The notes under the pieces were generated by a model. That model saw nothing but the letters and a program-made list of their open reading frames with translations. It had not been told where the DNA came from and made no database searches. DNA of 64,000 bases from an uncultured Bacteroidales bacterium (GTDB lineage Bacteria; Bacteroidota; Bacteroidia; Bacteroidales; UBA1402). The DNA lies in NCBI GenBank assembly GCA_964502355.1, contig CAZCWK010000004.1, positions 16,470 through 80,469 of the forward strand. Direction: 5' to 3'. Positions 11,666-21,122 of the stretch are shown here, in pieces. Position numbers and translations under genes: made by a program. The first letter of the stretch is position 1. Each line of letters begins with the position of its first letter.

Positions 11666-12442
11666 CTATCTGAGTCTGTACTGATAAGTAATTGTGCCGC
11701 TTTGATTCTGGTTGCCTTCAATATTATTAAACCTTGCCTGTTTGGCTGCATTTACAGCAGCAGATCGTAATGTTGAGTTGTCAGTGTTGGTGCCCTGTAG
11801 TGAAACAGTCGCTGCTATTACGCTTCCCTGAGGGCTGACAACTATTCTTACAACTACAACACCTTCTTCCTGAACTGAGTATGATGGCATAGGTAATGCA
11901 CCCTGAGTGCTTCTGCCATTTAGTGAAAAATACCCGGATCCATAGCCGCCACCTTTTTTATTGCCTGATGTGGCGCTACCATTAACAGCTCCCTGATTGC
12001 CACTTCCGGTTGTAGAAGTGCCCTGGCTGGTACCTGAACCTGAAGGTTTGCCGAATACGGATGCTGCCTGATTTCTGATTTCAGAAGCTTTACGTTCCTG
12101 CTCTTTTCTTTTCTGGTCTTCTATTACCTTCTTTTGGGCTTCTTCTTTTTGTTTTTTTTGTTCCGTGAGATTAACTGATTTTTCAATATCCTGAGTTATA
12201 ATCTCTTCTGGTTTATTCTGTGTTGCGGGCTCGATTTCCACAGGTTCCGGTTTGGTGACTTCTTCTCCCGCCGGTTCGAACAATCCCTGTGCTTCATCTA
12301 CATTACCAAAATTTACCAACAAACCTTCCTCTGCAACAGGACTATTCTTTTTAAATCCCATCATCAGCATTAGGATCAGTATTGCCATATGTATTAATAC
12401 CGTTCCAGCCAGAGCTATTGATTTGTCTTTATTTATCGTCAT
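11666..12442 (-). CDS. TonB-family C-terminal domain protein (second Ton cluster)
   Basis: TM anchor, a Lys/Glu-rich linker, a Gly/Ser-rich region and a C-terminal TonB-like fold. Overlaps the upstream exbD by 4 nt. Confidence 0.6.
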   Translation of the reverse strand: MTINKDKSIALAGTVLIHMAILILMLMMGFKKNSPVAEEGLLVNFGNVDEAQGLFEPAGEEVTKPEPVEIEPATQNKPEEIITQDIEKSVNLTEQKKQKEEAQKKVIEDQKRKEQERKASEIRNQAASVFGKPSGSGTSQGTSTTGSGNQGAVNGSATSGNKKGGGYGSGYFSLNGRSTQGALPMPSYSVQEEGVVVVRIVVSPQGSVIAATVSLQGTNTDNSTLRSAAVNAAKQARFNNIEGNQNQSGTITYQYRLR

Positions 12443-12858
12443 TCCACTTTGGGTCTTGTAGCCAGTACCAATTTGAATTTATTCTCGTTGCATATGTTTA
12501 AAACCTTAACAAGCTCACCATATGGTATTTTCTCATCAGCATATAATGCAACGTACATATCGGGTTCCTCAAGAATTCTTTCTCTGAGGAAAGGTTCAAT
12601 CCCTTCAAATGCAACCTGTCTCTCTTTTTCATTACCAAAAGCCACATAATAATTCAGCTCAGCGTCGATAATTACTCTTGTCAGAGGTTTCGCCGAGGTT
12701 TGTTGTTTACTTTCGGGCAACAGAATTTTTATGGCATTAGGGTGGACAACAGTTGAAGTTATCATAAAGAATATCAACAACAGGAAAATGATATCAGTCA
12801 TGGAAGCCATGCTGAAACCGGAATCAATTTTATTTTGTCTTCTTAAACCCATTGTCAA
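12439..12858 (-). CDS. exbD: ExbD/TolR biopolymer transport protein
   Basis: 139 aa. Block MASMTDIIFLLLIFFM. Confidence 0.8.
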   Translation of the reverse strand: MTMGLRRQNKIDSGFSMASMTDIIFLLLIFFMITSTVVHPNAIKILLPESKQQTSAKPLTRVIIDAELNYYVAFGNEKERQVAFEGIEPFLRERILEEPDMYVALYADEKIPYGELVKVLNICNENKFKLVLATRPKVE

Positions 12859-12861
12859 ATA

Positions 12862-13569
12862 TTATTTAACAGGTTCATTGAGCAAATCCATAAATTCCAC
12901 AGTCTTGTCTTCAAGATTATTAACAATCTTACTGACTCGTGTAACCAGATAGTTGTATGCAAAGAATGCCGGGATTCCGACCATCAATCCTCCAACGGTT
13001 GTTATCATTGCTTCATAGATACCTGATGAAAGGATTATGATGTCAACATTAGCACCTGCATTAGCCATATCAAAAAAAGCTTTGACCATACCTGTTACTG
13101 TACCAAGAAATCCAATCATAGGAGCTCCTCCTGCAATAGCTGCCAATATAGGTAAGCCCTTTTCGAGTCTCGCAACTTCAATGTTTCCTACATTTTCAAT
13201 AGCAATCTGCACGTCATTCATCGGGCGACCTATTCTGGATATCCCTTTTTCTATCATTCTTGAGTAAGGACTGTTAGTTTGTTTACACAGCTTAACGGCA
13301 GACTCAGTCTTTCCATCCAGGATGTAATCCTTTATTCTGCTCATAAATGTCGGATCGTTTTTTAAGGCAGCCTTTGTTACCTTTAATCTTTCTATGAATA
13401 TATATATGCCCAGCAGAGATAAAAGTACAAGAGGTATCATTAGCCAACCTCCCTTTATCGCCATGTCAAAGAAATTCATTTTGGCTTCTGCAACTGATTG
13501 GTTGCTAACGTCTGAAAGTACCGGTAAAGCTTCCTGCGCAGTGGATTGAATGAAAAGTAGGGGATTCAT
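12862..13569 (-). CDS. exbB: MotA/TolQ/ExbB proton-channel protein
   Basis: 235 aa. Block GFLGTVTGMVKAF. Confidence 0.85.
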   Translation of the reverse strand: MNPLLFIQSTAQEALPVLSDVSNQSVAEAKMNFFDMAIKGGWLMIPLVLLSLLGIYIFIERLKVTKAALKNDPTFMSRIKDYILDGKTESAVKLCKQTNSPYSRMIEKGISRIGRPMNDVQIAIENVGNIEVARLEKGLPILAAIAGGAPMIGFLGTVTGMVKAFFDMANAGANVDIIILSSGIYEAMITTVGGLMVGIPAFFAYNYLVTRVSKIVNNLEDKTVEFMDLLNEPVK

Positions 13570-13581
13570 ATTTGATTTTAT

Positions 13582-14295
13582 TTAGATCAGGCAATTTTTA
13601 TATGATTGTATTGTGGTTTTTATTCCAAGATATAAGGCATCTGAAATCAGAGCATGACCAATTGAAACCTCCTCAATAAAAGGAATTTCAGAATGGAAGA
13701 AACCAAGGTTTTCCAGACTAAGATCATGACCTGCATTAACACCTAACCCCAGTTTGCGTGCAAGCTTCGCGGCTTCAATAAAAGGAGCTATAGCTGCAAC
13801 TCTGTTTTTGGAATAATTTGAGGCATAAGGCTCGGTATAAAGCTCAATCCTGTCTGCGCCTATCTTAGCAGCATTTTCAATGTCTTTTAAAACTGTTCCG
13901 ACAAAAATGGAACTTCTTATGCCTTTACTACTTAGCTCTTCAATTATTTCGGTAAGGAAGGCAAAGTTTGTTGTTGTATCCCAACCTGAATTTGAAGTGA
14001 TAGCTTCATGTGTGTCGGGTACTAATGTAACCTGCTGAGGTTTTACTTTTAAGACGAGGTCCATAAACTGTTTTATGGGATTGCCCTCAATGTTAAATTC
14101 CGTTGTTACCAAAGGCTTAAGGTTTAACACATCTCCATATCTTATGTGTCTCTCATCCGGTCTCGGGTGAACAGTTATACCTTCAGCACCAAAAGATTCA
14201 CAATCTACTGCGAATTTCAGTAAATCAGGCATATTACCACCTCTGGCATTCCTGAGAGTGGCAATTTTGTTGATATTTACACTTAATTTTGTCAT
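13582..14295 (-). CDS. pdxJ: Pyridoxine 5'-phosphate synthase
   Basis: 237 aa. Contains LSVNINKIATLRNARGG and the HPRPDERH block. Confidence 0.9.
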   Translation of the reverse strand: MTKLSVNINKIATLRNARGGNMPDLLKFAVDCESFGAEGITVHPRPDERHIRYGDVLNLKPLVTTEFNIEGNPIKQFMDLVLKVKPQQVTLVPDTHEAITSNSGWDTTTNFAFLTEIIEELSSKGIRSSIFVGTVLKDIENAAKIGADRIELYTEPYASNYSKNRVAAIAPFIEAAKLARKLGLGVNAGHDLSLENLGFFHSEIPFIEEVSIGHALISDALYLGIKTTIQSYKNCLI

Positions 14296-14454
14296 TTACT
14301 AAAAGTTTTCTCACTTTTGCATCAGTAAGCTACATAACGTCCGAATATTATATAATTTACCTACTGACCTATTGTTGCAAAGTTAATTGTTTTGGTCAAG
14401 TTTGGATAAAGCAAAGTGAGTTTTTTAGAATCTTTATAAAATCAATATATACAA

Positions 14455-15336
14455 ATGCAGGTTGCAATTTTTGGTAGTCGTTTTGAATCTGATAAATTAA
14501 ATCAGGTTATGAATGTTTTCAGCGCATTAAGGAAGGTTGACGCTGAAATTCAAATTTGTAAAGATTTTTATCAGTTTTTGACAACAGTCATGAATAATCC
14601 ACCTGCAATAGATAGAATAATTTCGTGCGATGATTTTTCAGCTGATTATGCAATAAGCATAGGCGGTGACGGCACATATCTTCGGACTGCTCACAGGATT
14701 GGGAGAAAGGGGATACCGATTATCGGTATAAATACCGGAAGGCTTGGTTTTCTTGCTGATGTTGAAAGTGTAGAAATTGAAGATGTGATAAACGAATTAT
14801 ACAAGCACTACTATAGCGTAACAGAGTTGAGTTTGCTCCGCCTGAAAGTTGATGGTAATGATTTTACAGAGATTCCGGCTGCCCTGAATGAAATTGCCAT
14901 TATGAAAAAAGACTCATCTTCAATGATAAACATACATGTCACTGTGGATGGAGAGTATCTTAACGGATACCAGGCTGACGGACTTGTGGTTTCAACACCT
15001 ACAGGATCAACAGCATATAACCTTAGTCTTGGTGGTCCGATAATTATGCCCGAAAGCAGGAGTATCATTATTTCCGCTATCGCCCCTCACAACCTTACCG
15101 TGAGACCCATTGTGTTGAATGATAGGTCAGTAATAGATATTGAAGTTGAAAGCCGTAATCATAATTTCCTTGTTTCGCTCGACGGATATGCCTATCCGAT
15201 GTCTTGTGTTTCCAAACTTCAGATCAGACTTTCTGATTTTGTAATAAAATCAATCAGAAGACACAACCACACATTCACACAAACAATCAGAAAAAAACTG
15301 ATGTGGGGTGTCGATCCAAGGATTGATTACAGATAA
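14455..15336 (+). CDS. nadK: NAD kinase
   Basis: 293 aa. Contains GGDGT and the TPTGSTAYNLS motif. Confidence 0.9.
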   Translation: MQVAIFGSRFESDKLNQVMNVFSALRKVDAEIQICKDFYQFLTTVMNNPPAIDRIISCDDFSADYAISIGGDGTYLRTAHRIGRKGIPIIGINTGRLGFLADVESVEIEDVINELYKHYYSVTELSLLRLKVDGNDFTEIPAALNEIAIMKKDSSSMINIHVTVDGEYLNGYQADGLVVSTPTGSTAYNLSLGGPIIMPESRSIIISAIAPHNLTVRPIVLNDRSVIDIEVESRNHNFLVSLDGYAYPMSCVSKLQIRLSDFVIKSIRRHNHTFTQTIRKKLMWGVDPRIDYR

Positions 15337-15342
15337 ATTTTT

Positions 15343-15466
15343 GAATTCCGGTGCGCGCATTCCCCGTTGCTATGCGGCGGGGTTAGCGCAAAATGAATTA
15401 TTCCTATACGGAATCGAAGATTCCTCGCTGCTTGCGGCGAGGAGATTCAATTCAGACGCGCGCATT
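15343..15466. repeat. Composite or nested copies (B) of the GAATTCCGG intergenic repeat
   Basis: First half at 15343-15364 (GAATTCCGGTGCGCGCATTCCC). A CCCCGTTGC/GCGGCGGGG hairpin follows. Second half at 15423-15451 (CCTCGCTGCTTGCGGCGAGGAGATTCAAT, with stem TCCTCGC/GCGAGGA). GCGCGCATT is repeated at 15354 and 15458. Confidence 0.7.
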
Positions 15467-15497
15467 AATCGCTGCTCCCGGTCTGTTTTAAAAGTTA

Positions 15498-16430
15498 TCA
15501 GATTACCAGATTCAGAAAATCTTTTTCAATCACGTCATTATTTTTTTCATCAGGTATCAGACCTTGTGGGACGATGCAGTGTTTCACGATGAAACGTAAA
15601 GTTCTCGTTTTTGCCCATGAATATCCGATGCAGAGAGTTAAAATCATAATAAGTGCGTTTCCAACCAGTAATTCAAAAACTTCAAGAGTATTCGCATCAC
15701 TTACAGGCTTTATTTCCTGTTCTCCTTTTTTGATTACAAGATTGTCAATGATATATTCGAATACAGATTTTGCAAACCAGATACCATATATACCCAGGGT
15801 TATTATCGACAGTAAAACTCCTTTGATATATATCCTGAAAAGTTTTTTCGGATCCCCGTTAAAACTAAAACTTAAATCACCAAAATTTAGATGACCGGTG
15901 AAATATTTTATAAATCTTACCAGAAACCATGGATTGTAAAGGCTTATAGTCAGCATCGAAAGAAAGCCATTAATAAGAAACATTCGCCCCGTTTCTTTAG
16001 GTTTACCTGAATAGGTGAAACCGGTATATGACCATTTTAAATTATTAAGCCTGTAATTAATAGTCCCATTGCAGGTCGCACCCCAAATGTAATAGGTTAA
16101 TAATGTGCAAAATAAAACAACAAGAGTGTACACTATATTCGCGAACATAGATTCCTGTATTTTAACTATTAAAAATGCACCGGCAATACATAATACGAGT
16201 ATCAATAATAGTGAAACCCAGAATTTAATAAAGCCTTTAAAAAAGTCTTTTCTTTTACCGTCAAATCTGAAGGGTATACCTTCATATGAGGTTTTTTCAT
16301 ATAAGTAATTTAATTCACGAAACTTGCCAAGTGGGTGAAGGATACCCAGAGTAATAATAGTGGTTATAAATTTAACAATCCTGATTTTCAGTAAGTCAAT
16401 TACTTTTCCTTCAAAATTAACTGTATTCAT
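15498..16430 (-). CDS. DUF898 (YjgN-like) multi-pass membrane protein
   Basis: 310 aa with repeated TM pairs. The N-terminal FEGK...L.I.IVKFITTIITLGI pattern is recalled from DUF898. Confidence 0.6.
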   Translation of the reverse strand: MNTVNFEGKVIDLLKIRIVKFITTIITLGILHPLGKFRELNYLYEKTSYEGIPFRFDGKRKDFFKGFIKFWVSLLLILVLCIAGAFLIVKIQESMFANIVYTLVVLFCTLLTYYIWGATCNGTINYRLNNLKWSYTGFTYSGKPKETGRMFLINGFLSMLTISLYNPWFLVRFIKYFTGHLNFGDLSFSFNGDPKKLFRIYIKGVLLSIITLGIYGIWFAKSVFEYIIDNLVIKKGEQEIKPVSDANTLEVFELLVGNALIMILTLCIGYSWAKTRTLRFIVKHCIVPQGLIPDEKNNDVIEKDFLNLVI

Positions 16431-16440
16431 AATTAAATGA

Positions 16441-18876
16441 TTATTTTCTGTTCAATTTGCCTCTGTAACTAATAATTTCACCTTTTGGGGTGACACCTTC
16501 GATAGTGACAGTGTATGTACCCGTAGCATCTGCTGTATAGAAAGACAGGTTAACTTCACCATTCTCATTACACGTCACATTTGGTTTCCAATATATCGTT
16601 GATCTGAGATCAGGAACAGAGCTCGTCCTTTGGCTCTCGGTAATATATTTAGGAGATATAAATTCAATACCTTTAGAGTAACCCAAAGGAGTTACTTTCG
16701 CCTGCCATGGGTCCAGAGAGTTGTTTCTTACGATCTCATCACCACGCTTAAGATAAATACAGATAACACCGTTCGCCCCCTGGGATCCGTATATGGCGGT
16801 TTCGCCGGGATCTTTGAGAATGTCTATCATTTTAACCTCACTCGGGCTTATGGCATTCATGTCTTCCATAGTGTACTCAATTTCGTCAACAAGGACCAAA
16901 GGCTTCCTGTTTCTAATCAGAACACCTGTGCCGGAATCATCCATAGTGACACCGGGAGTCATTAACAGAGCATCAAGAATAGTGGGAGCCATTGATAATT
17001 TTTCCTCATTGATAGACTGAGAAGGAGTAATGTACAATGCACCTCTGTCTCTTCTCAAATCCTTGTATTTATCTTCAGCACTGCTTACTATCTCGATAGA
17101 CTTCAGGTTAACAACCATCATGCCATTTTCATAATAGTATTTGTTCTTGCTCTTGTCCAGAAAACTTATAATTTCTTTTTCAGGTATTACGCTGGCATTC
17201 ATAGGTGCATCAAGTTTTACTTCAGGGAAAGAATCCTTATCAGGTAACAGTGTTACAAAAGGACTTTTCTTGTTTGCCTGAAGTAAATAAGTTGTGCTGT
17301 CAGGAAATTCGAAACCGTCAAAACTAAATCTGCCGTCTTTATCAGTCTTTTTAACATCAAAGGAAAGTCTGCTTTGCACAAACATAGTTACATCAACATC
17401 AGGGACAGGTTTTTTTGCGGGATATGTCAGCAAGCTGCCTGGAAGCGAAGCCCCGATCTCAAGTGCAAAAGTATCGCCTCTGGCATAGTTTCCTGCAAGT
17501 ACCTGAGGAATATCATAACGTGACCATTTATTTGTAAGCATCAGCATATCAAGCTCTGCACCTGACTTTGTGTTATCTTTTCTGAAAAAACTGTTCGGTT
17601 TTGTAAGTGGTTGTTTGATATCAGATTGCAACAAAATATAACTTTCAATAGTCTGGTCATCGGGATTGATCTTGACATCATTATCATCGGTGACACTTAT
17701 TGAGAAATTACCCTGTACCGGATTTCCCTTTGAATCTTTCAGGACTATGTGTGCATTGACTAAATCTCTTTTTTTATAATTGGTTCTATCAGTCTGAAAA
17801 GTAATTTCAGCTTTATCCTTACCATTGATAAAAACCTGGCGATCACTTATAAAATTTCCTTTTTTATCGAGCAGGACAAATTGAGTTATACCGCTGTACA
17901 TTCCTTGTTTGGAAATTTTAACGAAAGGAGCATCAGGCGTAAGCATATATTGACAAACAGGGATGCATCTTTGATGGGCAACAAGATATAAAGTATCACT
18001 AAGTGGCGCAGCATCAGGTAAAAGCAACGAACATAAGATTAAATCCTGATTTTGTTGTACACTCAGAGCGGTTTCATCCTTAATGGCTTTGGGAATATTT
18101 ACAGTGACAGTCCTTCCTTCATTATTATCACAAACAGCCTTGTATGTTTTTCCGGCTTCAGGTAACAACGAAAACACTCCAACTCCTTTACCATTAGTTG
18201 TAAATGTGCAAACCTCTTTTTTGTTTTCATCAATAATCCTGCCGGTGATTTCTACAGGTTTATCTTTTTTATCATAAGCGGTGAAACCGATAATCTGCAT
18301 ATTACCAGCGATTAATTTGCCTCCTTCCGGGAAAAAGTCAACATTGTAACTATGCTCCTGTTTGTCCATCCCCTGACTCATACCGGAGCCGGTTTTTTCT
18401 TCAGTGTTATTGTTTTGCAGAGAGTTTCCTATATATATACTGCGTCTGAAAAACCAGTCTTCTTTGATATTTTTCATGTAACTGGTATATGCCCTGATAC
18501 TGTACCAACCTTTTTTTATTTCAGGAGAGATGTCAATCTGTCCATAATACATTTTATTATCCGGTCTGATCTTCTTTCTGACAACTACATTATTTGAAGA
18601 ATTAAGTAATTCCACATATATATAGCGGCTTAGATTAATGGGCGTATGCAGAGCAGCATGCAGTAAATTTGCTCTGAACCACAATGTTTCACCGGCTGAA
18701 TAATATGGCTTGTCAATCTGGAGGTAAATTTTCTCCTGTGGAAAACTTTTTACCTGATTTGTAAGCCTCGTTAATGCAGTTTTCGCAACTCCATTAACCG
18801 GAGTCTGATTCTGGGCATTCATTCCAAAAGTAAAACTGGCAAGAATCAGCAGAGCAGAAAGAATAATCTTTGACAT
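16441..18876 (-). CDS. Secreted MG2-like / TonB-dependent-receptor plug domain protein
   Basis: 811 aa with a signal peptide. MG2-like block (YLQIDKPYYSAGETLWFRA). C-terminal plug-like block (DALLMTPGV...DILKDPGETAIYGSQGANGVI). Confidence 0.55.
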   Translation of the reverse strand: MSKIILSALLILASFTFGMNAQNQTPVNGVAKTALTRLTNQVKSFPQEKIYLQIDKPYYSAGETLWFRANLLHAALHTPINLSRYIYVELLNSSNNVVVRKKIRPDNKMYYGQIDISPEIKKGWYSIRAYTSYMKNIKEDWFFRRSIYIGNSLQNNNTEEKTGSGMSQGMDKQEHSYNVDFFPEGGKLIAGNMQIIGFTAYDKKDKPVEITGRIIDENKKEVCTFTTNGKGVGVFSLLPEAGKTYKAVCDNNEGRTVTVNIPKAIKDETALSVQQNQDLILCSLLLPDAAPLSDTLYLVAHQRCIPVCQYMLTPDAPFVKISKQGMYSGITQFVLLDKKGNFISDRQVFINGKDKAEITFQTDRTNYKKRDLVNAHIVLKDSKGNPVQGNFSISVTDDNDVKINPDDQTIESYILLQSDIKQPLTKPNSFFRKDNTKSGAELDMLMLTNKWSRYDIPQVLAGNYARGDTFALEIGASLPGSLLTYPAKKPVPDVDVTMFVQSRLSFDVKKTDKDGRFSFDGFEFPDSTTYLLQANKKSPFVTLLPDKDSFPEVKLDAPMNASVIPEKEIISFLDKSKNKYYYENGMMVVNLKSIEIVSSAEDKYKDLRRDRGALYITPSQSINEEKLSMAPTILDALLMTPGVTMDDSGTGVLIRNRKPLVLVDEIEYTMEDMNAISPSEVKMIDILKDPGETAIYGSQGANGVICIYLKRGDEIVRNNSLDPWQAKVTPLGYSKGIEFISPKYITESQRTSSVPDLRSTIYWKPNVTCNENGEVNLSFYTADATGTYTVTIEGVTPKGEIISYRGKLNRK

Positions 18877-18926
18877 TTATGTTAAATATTTGTATTGTGG
18901 GCCGAATTTAGGAAAAAAAACAACAC

Positions 18927-18954
18927 AAAAAAAAGCGACTCTGGTAAAAGCCGC
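18927..18954 (-). terminator. Probable terminator of rplS
   Basis: On the minus strand: GCGGC-loop-GUCGC stem (5 bp, including one G-U pair) followed by T8. Confidence 0.45.
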
Positions 18955-18985
18955 TTTTATTAAGATATATTTAGAAATGTGATTG

Positions 18986-19333
18986 TCAGGATCTTTTTTC
19001 CTTGATACGAGCCTTCTTGCCGGTAAGAGCACGAAGATAAAACAATTTAGCCCTGCGAACACGACCAACCTTGTTGACTGTGATGCTTTCGATAAATGGT
19101 GATTCCAATGGGAAGATACGTTCAACACCAATATTGTCAGACATCTTGCGTACTGTAAAACGTTTCTTTTCACCGTGGCCGTTGATTTTGATAACAACAC
19201 CTTTGTAAAGCTGAATACGTTCTTTGTTACCTTCTTTGATACGATAAGCGATTGTTACCGTGTCTCCGCTCTTGAAAGAAGGATATTCTTTGCCTGTAGA
19301 AAAAGCCTGTTCGGCAACTTTAATTAAATCCAT
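18986..19333 (-). CDS. rplS: 50S ribosomal protein L19
   Basis: 115 aa. Contains FKSGDTVTI.YRIKEGNKERIQ.Y.GVVI. Confidence 0.95.
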   Translation of the reverse strand: MDLIKVAEQAFSTGKEYPSFKSGDTVTIAYRIKEGNKERIQLYKGVVIKINGHGEKKRFTVRKMSDNIGVERIFPLESPFIESITVNKVGRVRRAKLFYLRALTGKKARIKEKRS

Positions 19334-19518
19334 AATGCTTTGAATTATATATTATTATTGGCGCAACATAACAGGCTACTCTATTTCCTGCCAGCGATTA
19401 CGCAAAGCGGCTGCAAAGAAATGAAAAAAAATTGATTTACACAATAATCAATTGGTTAAAAACATCATTGCAAGCGGATTTATACGATTCGGGAAATATT
19501 TATTAATTTCGTAAAAAA

Positions 19519-20271
19519 ATGACGACGATGAGAAGAGCGCTAATAATAATATGTTTGATTTGTATAAACGGTATTATACAGGCACAGGTAAGTCTGATCA
19601 ATTATGAAAGAATTGAAATTGACAGCAGATACGACACCATGGTTAATCCCGGGATGGAAAAAATATTCCTGAAGTATAAAACCAGTCTTGAAAATCAGGT
19701 TATGAAAATTATCGGAGAAAGTGAAATGTATATGGATGCAAAAGCTCCTGAGAGCTTGCTTTCAAACTTTCTTGCAGATCAGTTGCTGAAGAAGGCAAAC
19801 GAAATCAACGATAAAAAAGTTGATCTTGCAATAATAAATTTCGGAGGTATAAGAGCCCCGCTCAATAAAGGGAAAATTACGGTTTCTGACATATATAGAA
19901 TTATGCCATTTGAAAACGAACTGGTTATAGTCGATATTAAAGGTTCAGATTTGAAAGATGTTTTAGAAAATATTGCCGAAGAAGGTGGCGAGGGAATGTC
20001 CAATATCAGACTGGAGATTGCTGATAAAAAAATTGGTTCTCTGTTTATCGGAGGTGAACCATTTGATGAAAACAAAGAATACACAGTAGCAACCATGGAT
20101 TATCTGGCAGAGGGAAACAGTGGCATGAAGGGTTTCTTAAAAGCTACAAAACGATTTGATACTCATTTGAGGGTCAGGGATGTTTATATTTCTCAGATTG
20201 AAAAGATTACAGCCGGAGGAAATAAAGTCAGCTCCGTTCTTGACGGTCGTATTAAATTCGCAACAAAATAA
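19519..20271 (+). CDS. 5'-nucleotidase C-terminal (substrate-binding) domain protein, secreted
   Basis: 250 aa with its own signal peptide. Blocks IINFGGIRAPL, MPFENELV and TMDYLAEGN. Confidence 0.75.
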   Translation: MTTMRRALIIICLICINGIIQAQVSLINYERIEIDSRYDTMVNPGMEKIFLKYKTSLENQVMKIIGESEMYMDAKAPESLLSNFLADQLLKKANEINDKKVDLAIINFGGIRAPLNKGKITVSDIYRIMPFENELVIVDIKGSDLKDVLENIAEEGGEGMSNIRLEIADKKIGSLFIGGEPFDENKEYTVATMDYLAEGNSGMKGFLKATKRFDTHLRVRDVYISQIEKITAGGNKVSSVLDGRIKFATK

Positions 20272-20282
20272 ATCTGATTACA

Positions 20283-21113
20283 ATGATAAAAAAAATAATG
20301 ATATGTCTCGCCACAATGGTTTCAATGAATACCATGGCAGAAACCCCTCTTGTGATACTTCACACCAATGATACTCACAGTCAGCTTGAACCATATACAG
20401 CAGATGATAAAAGAAATGCAGACAAAGCAGGCATTTTGAGAAGAGAAGCATTGTACAGCGAAATACGTTCGAAAGAAAAAAATGTACTGGCTTTTGATGC
20501 CGGAGACTTTGTTCAGGGTACTCCTTATTTCAACCTTTTCAAAGGAGAAGCAGAAGTAAAAATGATGAATTACCTTAAACTTGATTGTATTACACTTGGA
20601 AACCATGAGTTTGATAATGGCATCAGCTTTCTGGAAAAGTTAATTAAAAAGGCAAATTTTCCGGTTGTGTGCTCCAATTATGATATGTCAGCGGTTTCGC
20701 TGGGTAAAAGAGTAAAAAAATGGTTGATTATCAATAAATATGGATTAAAAATTGGCATAGTAAGTGCAAATATAAGCCCTTACGGTTTGATTTCCCCGAT
20801 AAACTTTAAAGGCATCAAATATCTTGATCCGATAGCCACTGCTGAAAAATATGCTTTCTGGTTGAAGGACGAAAAAAAATGTGACATTGTGATTTGCATT
20901 TCACACCTTGGTCTTGAGTATAAAGATAATACTCCAAGTGATATGAATCTGGCAGCATCTTCGGAAAGTATTGACGTAATAATAGGCGGGCATACTCATA
21001 CATTCATGCCAAAGCCAATAGTTGTAAAAAATGCAGTCAATAAAGATGTAATAATTAATCAGGTAGGTAAGGGTGGTATTTATGCCGGCAAACTTAGTCT
21101 GGTTGTAAACTGA
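20283..21113 (+). CDS. Calcineurin-like metallophosphoesterase (5'-nucleotidase N-terminal catalytic domain), secreted
   Basis: 276 aa with its own signal peptide. Blocks HTNDTHS, DAGD, GNHEFD and GGHTH. Confidence 0.8.
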   Translation: MIKKIMICLATMVSMNTMAETPLVILHTNDTHSQLEPYTADDKRNADKAGILRREALYSEIRSKEKNVLAFDAGDFVQGTPYFNLFKGEAEVKMMNYLKLDCITLGNHEFDNGISFLEKLIKKANFPVVCSNYDMSAVSLGKRVKKWLIINKYGLKIGIVSANISPYGLISPINFKGIKYLDPIATAEKYAFWLKDEKKCDIVICISHLGLEYKDNTPSDMNLAASSESIDVIIGGHTHTFMPKPIVVKNAVNKDVIINQVGKGGIYAGKLSLVVN

Positions 21114-21122
21114 GTAATAAAT

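Noticed and set aside
15308-15592. 94-aa plus-strand ORF after nadK
   Set aside because: It overlaps the nadK 3' end, spans the GC-rich intergenic repeat copies and runs into the convergent DUF898 gene. It is an artefact of the repeat's composition.
18877-19200. 107-aa minus-strand ORF overlapping rplS
   Set aside because: It lies in an alternative frame over the well-supported L19 gene and its terminator, and has no motifs.
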